Positions 14,101 to 26,100 of a stretch of 64,000 bases of DNA are shown piece after piece. This DNA is from Glycera tridactyla (taxonomy: Eukaryota), in contig OZ286459.1 in the NCBI GenBank assembly GCA_965644265.1, forward strand, positions 74,400,001 to 74,464,000. The letters are read 5' to 3'. Position numbers and translations under genes: made by a program. The notes beneath the pieces were generated by a model. That model made no database searches, was not told the origin of the DNA, and was given only the letters and a program-made list of their open reading frames with translations. Numbering within the stretch: position 1 is the first letter of the stretch; the number at the start of each line of letters is the position of its first letter.

Positions 14101-17100
14101 CCCCAAGGAAATTGCTGAAACTATAAATGAATATTTCACCAATATTGGTCATAACCTTGCAGAAGTCTTCCCACCGGGAGTAAACAGTGACCTACTGAGC
14201 CAAATACCCATAGGAGCAGAGAAGCTGCACTATCAACCTGTTAATGCAGTATTTGTGATCAAAGAGTTGGATAGAATTGGGGAGGCGAAAGCCACAGGGA
14301 TCGACGATATCCCAGCTAGGCTCCTCAAAGCTGCAAAAGAGGTGATATCCCCCTACCTGGCACATATAATCAACCTTACGTTGACCACAGGTCATACACC
14401 TACTGAACACAAGAGTGCCATAGTCTGCCCAATTTTCAAGGCCGGTAAACGTGACGAGGTATCAAATTACCGCCCTATCAGTATTCTAACTGTTACAAGC
14501 AAGTTAATAGAACGTGCAATCCATAGGCAAACCTCTGAGTACCTCAGTATCAATGGTCTTCTGAGCCCTGTACAGTCAGGATTCAGGAAGGGCCACTCCA
14601 CAGGCACATGCCTTCTATCCTTGCTGGAGGACATTTTATCGAATATCAATGACGGTTGTGCCACTGGAGTGGTGTTTCTGGATCTGAAGAAGGCTTTTGA
14701 TACTGTTGACCATGGCACCCTAGTATATAAACTCGAAAAATATGGTATAGATGAAGATGGGATTAAATGGTTCAAAGACTACCTAACAGGCAGGACTCAG
14801 ATCACGCGGGTCAGAGGCAGCGTCTCCAATCCAGCTGACATTAATTGTGGAGTCCCCCAAGGGTCAATCTTAGGTCCCTTACTCTTTGTAATATTCATAA
14901 ACGACCTACCGAATAGCATTAATACTTGCAAGGTGAAAATGTATGCAGACGACACCGCCCTGTACTGCCACAGCTCAGACCCAGATGAGTTAGAACTCAA
15001 TCTCCAACTCGGAATCCTGGATGCAGAATCCTGGTTTCACTCCAACAAGCTTACAGTTAATGCTGCCAAAACAAAATGGATGCTGTTTGGCACCTCAAAT
15101 AGCTTAACCAAGTACCGACGAACCCAAATGGTTATGAGCGGTATGATACTTGAGCGTGTCGACCGCTTCAAATATCTAGGTATCTGGCTGGACGAACGAC
15201 TAGATTATACCCAGCACATAAACACCCTTATTGGTAGTTGCATCCGCAAGCTCAATATTATTGGGCGTGCACGCAAGTTCATTGATCAGGACACGGCGTG
15301 TATGTTATATCAGTCACTAGTACTCCCCGTCCTGGACTATGGAGATGTTGCCTACGATGCAACCACCGTCAACAATAGCCTGCGCTTGCAACGCGTACAA
15401 AACGCCGCCTGCCGTATCATTCTGCAAGCGGAAGCCCTGCGGAGTACTAGGGAGATGCACCAAGAGCTAGGCTTTGATACTCTGAAAGAACGTCGGTACA
15501 AACATGTGTGTCTGACGGTCTTCAAGGGAATCCACGATTTAAGTCCCCCACCCACAAATCAATTCTATACTCGTACAGTGAACAGAGCAGGTCCTCATAC
15601 TAGGCGCCAAATTGGTTCCTTCTTGGCCTTGCCCTGGTCCACGAATCTTATGGCAGACAAGCGCCTGGCAGTCAGAGGTTCACGTACGTACAATGGCTTG
15701 CCTGCATTAGTCAGGAATGCAGACAGGAAATCAACATTTGTACGGATGCTGAACAGGCAAGATATAACCATGCAATGATCCTGCAGTCTTTGGCCAGTCA
15801 AATTACCCTAGTCATCGGATGTTGAACTGTGAAACTTAGCTTTGATAGATGTTCGGTGAAATACTGCCGTAGTTCCTGTACCCCATAACGCTCTAGCCAC
15901 CCAGACGCCCGTGTGTTGCCAGTACTGATAGACCCTGCTGACTCAGATGTTGACAGTACACCTATGACAGGAGTGAATATGATTTTAAATGTCTACTTTG
16001 TGAAACTGATGTAATTGCCCTGTGAGGTACTGTAGCGATGTATGTACAATGAAAGGGAGATGAGTATTGTATTCATTTCATTGAATAAATTCTTATGAAG
16101 CCTTATGAAGCCTTATGAAGCCTTATGAAGGATGTGGATCTACGGGTGTCCCGTGGTTACGGTTTGGCCCATCACCCTGCCATCACGTAAACCAGCTCTG
16201 ATTTCACACATTGTGCTCTGGACAGTTCACCTCCGGTCAAGTTACATGGAGATGGGCTCATGAGTGGACAGTGGTCAAACAGTCTTTTGTTGCCACTTGC
16301 CATAGACCAAGGCCCGTTTCAACACCATGTGAGGCCAATCATGACTTAAAATCTATTGGGTGAGCATTTCGGGATGTTTCTACACTCAATGAAATGGTCA
16401 TTCAAGGTATAATGAGTTGCACAAGTCAACAGTCCGGAGGCCTCAAATATCAGTGCTAGCTGCTGATACATTGACAGAGTGGCCATGATGTGTTGACATA
16501 ATGGCCAGTGCAACCTTACTGTAGGATCCTCACAATCCCAAACACTGACAATTCATTTACAAGATAAACAGGTGTGAAATTCATCTGACTGAGCCTGCTT
16601 AGTTCATGATTACATTATCACCTGTCATGGCCGAGTGTCTGGAATTCAAATTCCCTTGAAAAAAAAATCATTTTTCGATCTAAGAAAAGTAGTGGGTGGT
16701 AACTCATGAATCTTATGATGAAAAAGATATGGCCCTTAACAGAGTGCTTAGGTAGTATACTGTATGAAGTATACAAGTAAATAATACATCTCGCTGCTAT
16801 TTAGATCTTCAGTATTTTATTATTGTCCTTAGCATACTCTATAATGATATGGATGAAATGGTAACATGGTTCATTGCTCATGATATCAAACTTCCACATC
16901 ATCAATATCTACACTCCAGGATTCATAGTGAAAGAAGTCTAGATCTCTCATTACCGGGGGAAATTCCTTAAGTGTACACAGGTAAATCCTTCTTTTTCTT
17001 CAAACAAATGCATGATGATCCAGAATTATTTGAATACCAAATAAGACATGTATATTTTTTGCACCACCTTATCCATAGTCATAAAACTGAAGGGACATGA

Positions 17101-20100
17101 TGATTTTAGTCCAATATGTGAAACATTCACAAACTTCAGCATATAATGTATGATGATGTCACAAGACTATATTACATATCCTGCATAATTATGAATAAAA
17201 AATCCTATCCATAGGTCACATGTCCAAAACCAGAAAGAAATATATCCACTATCTCATGGAAATTTGTGATCAAAAATGAAACTCATTGCACTGCCTCAAA
17301 GACTTCAGTCCAAGGATCCCACTCATTTCAAGTATACTACACATAAGCGAAATTTGAGTGCCTGGGCTCACACTGAGATGCATGATGGGATGCCTTCGAT
17401 ATTGACACACCTGGTGTCAGTGTACTCAAGGCAGGTTCATCTCTCACACACATGGTGATAGAGCGGCCTGTAATAATGTTTGCTCCAAATAAACTGAAAC
17501 AATCCATGCTAAAGAATGACTCACCACACCTCCAACAACATGTCTGCATGCTATGCATGTCATCATTCTGGGGAGACTTTTCTCAGGAGTTGCTTGAAAA
17601 TACAATTCCTGACATGGATATTCATCCATATGACCTATGGCCATAGGTTCATCAGTTGCTGAGTTGACCAGATTACAATCTCCACACCATTCTGATTAAA
17701 TTCTTCACACTTTTGCCAAGCATGAAACTTGCAGATGAATACTATGAAGATGATTTTGCTATTTGGGAAATGCAATAAGTAGCCACATGAGGTTTAAGTC
17801 AGTTGGCAGAGACAATTAAGCCAGTTGGCAGAGACAATTCAACCAGGGCCTATACATACCATTGCTTACATGTCCATCTACCCATTGGGACAGCAAGAGA
17901 AATTGGGCCACTTTCATGAAGGATCAATGGTAGAGACCAACATTCTCTCCCCTCACTTCAATGATGCATAACCATTGATAGAAAAGGCTTGGCTTCTAGT
18001 ATGTAATTGATAGATCCACTGAACCATCTGAATTACCTGGTTGGCATTTAGATGGTATCAGAAACATAACAGCTGGGCAAACAGAAGCGGCTGTGAAGAA
18101 ATCATCCAGTCAATTAATCAATCAACTGATCATTCAGACTGATGGGTTACCAGTTGTGTGCAAACATACTTATCCAAGATTTCTCCAGATATGCCATCTA
18201 ACTCACTTGTGGTGTCCTTCCTCCATGACTCCACTCTTTCCCCATCCATACTTGTACAGTTTTCCATGATATAACACATAACACTGCATCTTGGGGTCCT
18301 CATAATATACAGTAAAACCTGTCTATAGTGAAAAGTCACAGGCCAGATTTTTCTTTTCACTGTAGACAGGATTTCACTATATACAGGTCAATTATAGTGA
18401 AAAAAAATGTTCGGGCCAGATTTTTCTTTTCACTGTAGACAGGATTTCACTGTGGACAGGATTACACTATAGCAGGTTTTACTGTATGTATATAGATAAC
18501 GTAAGAAGGTGATGAAAATTGAATCGCCTACAGAGCTCCAGAAAGGGAGAGTGGGTAATAACTTTCTATCAAATTCCTCAGTATTCCTACGCCAACCGAC
18601 AATGAGGGAGGGGGACTGAGTTCTACATTTTTCCTGAGTTATCCTATGTTTCCTGAGTCTCCTTAGTTCCAACGAAGCACGAAACTGAAGATGAAACACC
18701 CAAGAACAACCAATCATCTCCAATGAGGACATTTGAGGCCTGACTCGAAGTTTATTTGAAGAAGATCATCGGTGCATCGGTGTTTGTTTACGAAAATCCA
18801 AGATGGCGACGTCGTAACCATGGAATCTCCGGCAGCTGATAATAGCTCTTCCTTTGCGATAACTGATGATTCGATTGATCCAAGCACACTACAAACTGAT
18901 TCTGTGCTGAATTCACAGCTAAGTACCCCTTCGAAAGTCATCAGCCGCCCTGAAACTGTTAGTAAAACACATCAAACGAAACGTGGTCAGAAAGATAGCC
19001 CCGAGGAATCGTTGCTGTCGAAACGACCTGGCTACACTGACAATGAAGGTCACCCGAGTAGGATTTTCGAGGAGAATTGTTTCATAAACAAAAGTACTCC
19101 TATTCCATCCCAGAAATCTGAACTTGAAGTTTCGATTGGCAGTATCTTTCCCGATACTTCTCCAATTTCGTTTATTCCGGAATACAACATTCTAGACGAG
19201 GTGTCATCTCTTCTTGACAACGTTCGCAGTGGACATGATAGACGGCTGTCAAATTACCAACTGGAATCGAGAATACGTCAACTAGACAGTGAGCTGTGTG
19301 AATCTTATATTGGAAGCGGTGGTTTGCATGAGGAATTTGATCATCTTATACGTCAAGAAGACGCTAACACGAACCAAGAAAGCAGTTCAACTGGAGTACG
19401 AATTTCGAGCCCTGGAAAAGCTGAATCTCAAGAAAATCCAGCTAATGGAGGTTTGAAAGGCAATTTGTCAGTCTGTTCTGGTTCTAGTAGCAATAGTAGT
19501 TCAAATTATAATAATACCTTAGTCAAGAACAATATTAACATGGCTGATGAACAAACCTCTAATACTATGAACACTGTCATGATCAACCCAGAACAGTTTA
19601 CAACCCTTTTTAAGGCAGCCTTTGCATCTGCGATGGCTGAAGAATCAAATGCCAAGTTGATTCGTGAGATTGTTTCAGGTGAAATCGGGGTGGTGGCTGA
19701 TAAAGTCACTAATTTATCAGAAGCTGTTTTGAATCTTGAAAGTGACAATTTGAACGTGAGAAATGACATTGAACAACTGAAGTCCCTGCCATCAAAACTG
19801 CTTGAAACAGATGACTCTGTAATGAAGATTGCTCAATCGGTTAGAAACATGGGTCATGAGATGAAGTTTGATGCTTTGAATGATAGAATTGCTGAAGTTG
19901 AAAATTTCACAAAGTCTGTCTCTGCTGGGATTGTAAGTGAGGAGGGTCTGGCCTTGAAGAATCAGATCTCTCGTATAGAAGATTCTCTAGCAGCTCTAAA
20001 TAACAAAATTGACTCTGAAGTTGAAAAATTCTCTAAAGTATCTTCCTCAGCTTCCCCACTAATGGATGTGAAATTCACTGAGCTGCAAGATAAGGTGAAT

Positions 20101-23100
20101 CAACTGGAAACCAATAACAACCACAAGTTCCTCCTATTCGATGGAATTGATGAGATTAATGCTGAAAATACACCAGAACACCTAGTTAACTATCTGAAAG
20201 GATGTATTACTCCGGAGATAAAGCTGGGAGAGATTGAATCAGCAAGAAGGGTGGGGACTGTCAAAGGAAATGGTAGGCCTAGACAGATCCTAGTAGAATT
20301 TGTCTACACTAGTATCAGTCTGAGAGTTTTCCAGTCTAGATTTCAACTGATAAAATCCAAGAAACATGTATTTATCAGTGAATTCTTATCAAGATCTGTA
20401 TCACAGTTATTTTATAAGGCCAGGCTCAACAGAGGGAAGGGAAAGAAACTTGACAGGGCATGGACCTTCAGAGGTATCTTGTATGTTGCTGTTGCCAAAA
20501 ATGCCAAAGGAACACCAATTAGAAATGATGATGAATTACTGAAGTTGCTCAACAGTCTACCAGCATCTAGTTCGAATTCTAGCTAATTTATTATATTTTT
20601 GTAATCTAAGTTCTATCTGGGGTATATATTCTGATTGTCTATATTGATGAGAGATCTAACTACTTTGTATACAGGTTCTTAATGTGAAAGTTTGAATGTA
20701 TATGAAGCCCAGCTGATTCGAGGTATTACACGCCCCCCCCCCCCCCCCCCCCCCACTACCCGTGTCGACATTGACTCTCGTATACAGATCTTATCAAATT
20801 TATGCGGGTAGCCTTCCAAGCTGGATCGAAAGTCGCCAAATATAACTCCCGTACATCAATGTATAAAATCCGATCGATTTTGTTGAAATTCTGACCATTA
20901 ATTAATGTGCTGAAAGTGGGCCTACTTTTTGGCGGAACTATTTATTGACTTGGAAGTTAAAAACAATGATCCTAAACCGAAGAGGCCGTCTCCATTTCTG
21001 ATTGGCCGAGCCAGACATGTGACCGCGTCGACCAATCAGGAGGCGTGTTGCTTCTGACTCTCTCGGCAAATACCCGGATAGACCGGAAACAGTATGGACG
21101 CCTGTAACTTGATTTCATCAATCTCGCAATAAGAATTTTTGGATAACTGAGCGTAGCAAGCGAGATTACATCGATACTTTGTCACTTCTGGCAAGTAGAA
21201 ACGATAAACGTCAGTATGGAGTCGTCTTGTGAATATCCATATGATATAACGTATACAATCTCTGGAATAATGCGAACGAAATCATACCTCGTGTACGACG
21301 CAAGCCATGACAGATTGTGACCCTTAGAACGCTTTGAGGTACGTTTGCTCTCCATCGCCTAATTACCTTTTTCACCATTAGCCCTATCTCCCTGCATTTA
21401 ACACTCAGGGGAAAGCTCTTGTATGTCCCCTCATTTCGTATAAATTCTTTGTTTCCTATTTCTTTATTACGGGTTTTAGTCTGGCTTCTGAACTCAGCCC
21501 CCCTCCAATTTTTCACTACAGGGTGTTATTAATTTCTCGAATCATCTTCTAATATGATGTGGTTATACTTACACTGCCTGCTATTAGCTGTTGAACCAAG
21601 TTCTAGAAATTATTGGTAATTTGTTTGCTAGTTACTATAAAATGTGTTAATTGATCTGGAACTGGATGGTATATGAACTCAGGTACTTTGTCTCCAGGTA
21701 CCTCTTTTTCTATAAGTATGTACTTGTTTTTCCACTTATCGTGTCTTATCCCTTATTCTACAACTATTCTCAATAACTACTTGCCTAACCTACTTCTTAA
21801 TAATGGATATCGAACTTATTTCACTTCTGGAAAGATGTTGACTGCTGTTGAGACACTCTGTAACTGTGTGTGTGAAAATGATGAATTTTTCTCAATATGA
21901 CTGATATAGAATTCAAAAACCTGTCCACTCTAAGTGGGTTGGTTATAGCACATGTGAATATATGCAGCATCAGATACAAGATTGACGAAATCAAACGACT
22001 GTTGCTACTAGGCAAACTGGATATTCTGGGTATCTCTGAGACCAATTTAAACACCAACATTGATGATATAGAACTTGAAATTCCAGGATACTGCCTGGTA
22101 AGGCAGGATAGAGCTGATTTTACAGTGAGACTAAGTGGTGGTGGATTGATTGTGTATATCAGAGAAGACATTGCCTTTGAATATGTATCTCTCCTATGTA
22201 ATAATGATGTCGACCTAGAGATGATTGGTATTAAGGTCACCTTGCCCAACTCTAGACCTATCCTATGTATGAATTGTTATAGACCTCCGCATGGAAACCT
22301 CCAATCATTCCTATTCAAGATTGGTAATATTCTTGACACTCACAATCTACACGTGAACCCTGAAGTTCTGATTCTCGGAGATTGTAATGTGGATGTTTTA
22401 AACAAGCAGAGTCATTCTTGTAAACTTTTAGACCAATTCCTTGCTTCCTATTTGCTGAATCAATATATAGACTCCCCTACAAGGGTCACATTGAATTCTG
22501 CCACTGGGATTGATCTGGTTATAGCAAATAGGGAAGACATGGTATCCTCTATCGGAAACTATACCCTTGGATGTACAGACCACAACTTAATCTTTGTTCA
22601 ACGTAAATTTGTCAAGCACAAGAAACCGGCAAGATACATAAGGGCTAGAAGTTTCCGAAAGTTTGATCCTGAGGCCTTTAAAAGATGTCTGGATTTATGT
22701 GACTGGTCTCCTATACTGGAAGAATCAGATGCGAATTTGGCTTGGATAAAATTCAAGGAAGTTTTTCTCAGGGTCTGTGATGAATGCTGTCCTTTTAGAA
22801 TGATAAAGGTACGAGGTAGACCCCCACCCTGGGTGACCAATGAATTTCTATCTCTTTGTGACGCTAGAGATGCAGCCAAGAGAAATTTCCAAAGATCACG
22901 CAATGGGGTTGACCATTTCCTATTTAGAAGATTGCGCAATCGAGTTACATCCCTTGGTAATGATCTAAAAAAGAATTTTATAGAAAACAGTATCGAGGAT
23001 TGTCAAGGAAATATAAAGAGGCTCTGGAAAATCATATCATTACTTCTGCCTAAAAAATCTTCCAGCAATATACCATCCTCTCTTGTCATAAATGGGAAAT

Positions 23101-26100
23101 CAGATCCACTGGATATAGCCAATGAATTCAATAATGCGTTCTGCTCCGTTGGTGCCAACCTAGCTAGTAAAATACCCCGTGCCAACAGGAACACCTTACC
23201 AGAAATCTTGAGTGTTGGTAGTTTGTTGAGCTTCGTGAGAATCAGCTCGGAAGAGGTTAGAAAGGCACTCAGTGGCATGAAAAGCGGTAAATCAATTGGT
23301 ATTGACGGCATTTATCCAACTTTTCTAAAAATTGCAGCTAAGGAGATATGTATGCCAGTCACTCATATAATTAATATGTCCTTGATCAATGGCATTGTCC
23401 CTGACGATTGGAAAACAGCTTGTGTAACCCCGTTGTTTAAGGAGGGAAAACGGGACGAGATCGGGAATTACAGGCCTATCTCTGTACTACCTGTTATGGG
23501 CAAACTGCTTGAGCGATTTGCTCATGACCAGATTTATGGATTTTTGAATGGTAATAACTTATTCTCCCCTAGCCAATTTGGTTTTAGAGAGGGATTCTCC
23601 ACCACAGCATGTACTGTTTCTATTCTGAATGATGTGTATTTGGGACTTGACAACAGGCGAGTAACGGGCATGGTATTTCTTGATTTAAAGAAGGCATTTG
23701 ACACTGTCGACCACTCCATCCTGTTGGATAAGCTCCGGCAGTATGGGGTTGTCGGCAGTGTCAACGGTTGGTTCCGAAACTATCTTGGTAAAAGAAGGCA
23801 GTGTACAAAGTTTAGGTCATCTATATCTAACATGGAAAATATTGAATGTGGGGTCCCCCAGGGGTCTATCCTGGGTCCCCTTCTTTTTATCGCCTACATC
23901 AATGACCTGAGCCAGAATGTCCATAATTGCAAGGTGGCAATGTATGCGGACGATACAGTATTGTACTATACGGGCAGTGATGCTCATCATGTTGAACTAC
24001 AACTTCAAGAAGATTTGAACAATGTTGAGCACTGGCTGCGTGCAAATAGGCTCACTTTGAATGTGAAAAAGACAAAGTCTATGCTGTTTCATACTAGTGG
24101 CTACCGAGGTATAAATACTCTTGATCTGGAGATGAATTTTGAGAAAATTGAACCAGTTTTTGTCTTTAAATATTTGGGGGTACACCTAGACCCAACCCTG
24201 AATTTTAACCATCATATTGATCAGACTATCAAGAAAACTAAGAAACGTCTTGCTGCCCTTGGTAGGGTGAGGAAATTTATTGACAAAAAACTGTGTCTTA
24301 TGCTATTTCGCTCACTTGTGGTCCCACACTTTGATTTCGCTAGTATAATATATGGTGAAACCTCTGCCAGTAATTTGAATAAATTGCAAGTTCTTCAAAA
24401 TAGGGGATTAAGAATGGTCAATCAATCTGATAGATTCAGTTCTGCTCGTGAATTGCATTTGGAGCTAAAGCAACTGACTTTGGCAGAGCGCAGGAATTTT
24501 CATTATGCAGTTTTTATTTATAAAATCAAACATGGTTTGGTTAAATCAGACCTACTAACTGGCATGTTTGAACATGTGTCCCTGATGCATGCTCACAACA
24601 CTAGATCTGCTAGAAATGAGGATTTTGTTGTTCCTAGAACACATAACAATTATGGTACCAAATCTCTACTTGTAACTGGAGCAAAGATCTGGAACAACTT
24701 GGATGTTGACCTCCGCAGATCTAAAAATCTGAATACCTTCAAGAACAACTATTGGAACTCGAGACCTGCTCTGTTCATGATATTAGATAGCTAACATCTT
24801 TCTTCACGATTTTACTCTTTCTTCATTATTTCTCTCTTGTCACTATTCAAAATATACCTGTAAATAGCACCATGAGAAATTTTCATACGCATTTGTATCT
24901 ACCCTCCTCAGCAACCTTTGCATGTCTCTCTGAAGTCTGTGTAGAAAACCGAATCGTTTTACCGAAAACTAAAAGATATCCACCTATACTACCCTTTCCT
25001 CCAAAGCACGTACCATCTACCTGAATATTTTATAACCGGTTGGTTGAATTGATCACTGAAGCCAAACATATGGTATTACTATACTAATATGACGAAACAT
25101 GACTAGAAGGTTTATGGTATCTGGTAGTAGCCAAGATCAGCGCTTTTTGCTGGCATACTTCGTATTTTTATTTGTGTTTTTGTACCTTGAAATGTTGCTA
25201 CATTCGCCAGAGTAAATAAAGTTTTTGTCATTGTCATTGTCATTGTCATTGTCATTGTCATTGTCATTGTCATTGTCATTGTCATTGTCATTGTCATCAA
25301 ATATATTATAGCCCACACCATAATCCATGGAATGGATGCTGATTGCAATCCGAGGTACATTTCATTATAGACCCTGTGTAAGGGAATCACTAAGAGTTGA
25401 TCAGCAAGAATACTCTCAATCAAAAATGAACACTATGGGTTCCCAAGTTATCTTCATATTCGAGACTGCCACAATTGTCCAGAAGCAGGATCATCAATGA
25501 AGAGACAAAGGCATAAATTGTTGATGGAGTTCCTAATTTAATGGAAACTTCACTTATACTGATTCATCCATTCCGGAGTTTACCTAATGCATCACACAAG
25601 GGTCAACAAAGGTCTGGACCTCTGGAATCTGGTAGTATTGAGCAGGTAGGTGCACTTGTTTTCTGTTTATAGTTCTCACCTATTCTGTGGCCTTCCCTGA
25701 AGACTAGGGATACAAACTGCCAAGTTCCACATGTATACAACTCTGGAGGGGCTGACAGATTCTGACAAACATAGGGACAATCACTGATAAAGGAACCCCA
25801 TAAATCCGGGGTGTTTTAACCTTATCCTTTTCAATATAAAGACAGACCTTACAAGGCCAACTATGGTCACATCGAAAGTGGTCGTTTTAGATGGTAGTCC
25901 TTTGCAGAAAAGTTATTTACAGTATGAATTGCTGATGCAGTCTTTATCGGTCTCGGCAGGCAGGTGGCATTTGCACAAAGGTGGTCACTTGGGCAGATTT
26001 TATCGTAGTGGGAATAAAACCAGATGAGCCCATGGCTTCATAGTCATCCTGTATTTCAAACTACAGGAGGTGGACAAAACATGGCTTCATGATAAAATTT

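Larger units (their letters stand above)
12420..16130 (+). mobile_element. LINE-A: CR1/L2-group non-LTR retrotransposon, ORF2 only (5' boundary approximate)
   Basis: Intact APE-RT ORF, about 300-nt 3'UTR, terminal stem-loop, AATAAA at 16084 and (TTATGAAGCC)n tail at 16093-16130. No ORF1 upstream and no clear TSD. Confidence 0.9.
18490..25296 (+). mobile_element. LINE-B: apparently full-length CR1/L2-group (Crack/Daphne-like) element with 5'UTR, ORF1, 1.3-kb spacer, ORF2, 3'UTR and (TTGTCA)12 tail (5' boundary approximate)
   Basis: Two long intact ORFs on one strand; AATAAA at 25215 followed by 12 perfect TTGTCA units at 25225-25296. Exact clade needs an RT phylogeny. Confidence 0.9.

Noticed and set aside
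16624-16660. tRNA A-box-like TGGCCGAGTG with a B-box-like GAATTCAAATTCC; similar ATGGCCGAGTGGT at 62742
   Set aside because: Spacing is too short or the B-box is missing, there is no cloverleaf and no shared SINE body; at best decayed SINE heads.
21683-21834. Second possible intron inside the LINE-B uORF (CAG|GTAC donors, CTAAC branch, AAG acceptor)
   Set aside because: The acceptor is weak and the spliced product stops within a few codons without reaching the ORF2 frame.
12835-24185. Minus-strand ORFs overlapping the LINE ORFs (for example 14467-14775, 19506-19769, 22598-22939)
   Set aside because: Typical antisense shadows of long coding frames with no independent features.
18485-25310. 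Target-site duplications for LINE-A and LINE-B
   Set aside because: Only low-complexity TATAT-like similarity; CR1/L2 insertions often lack clear TSDs.
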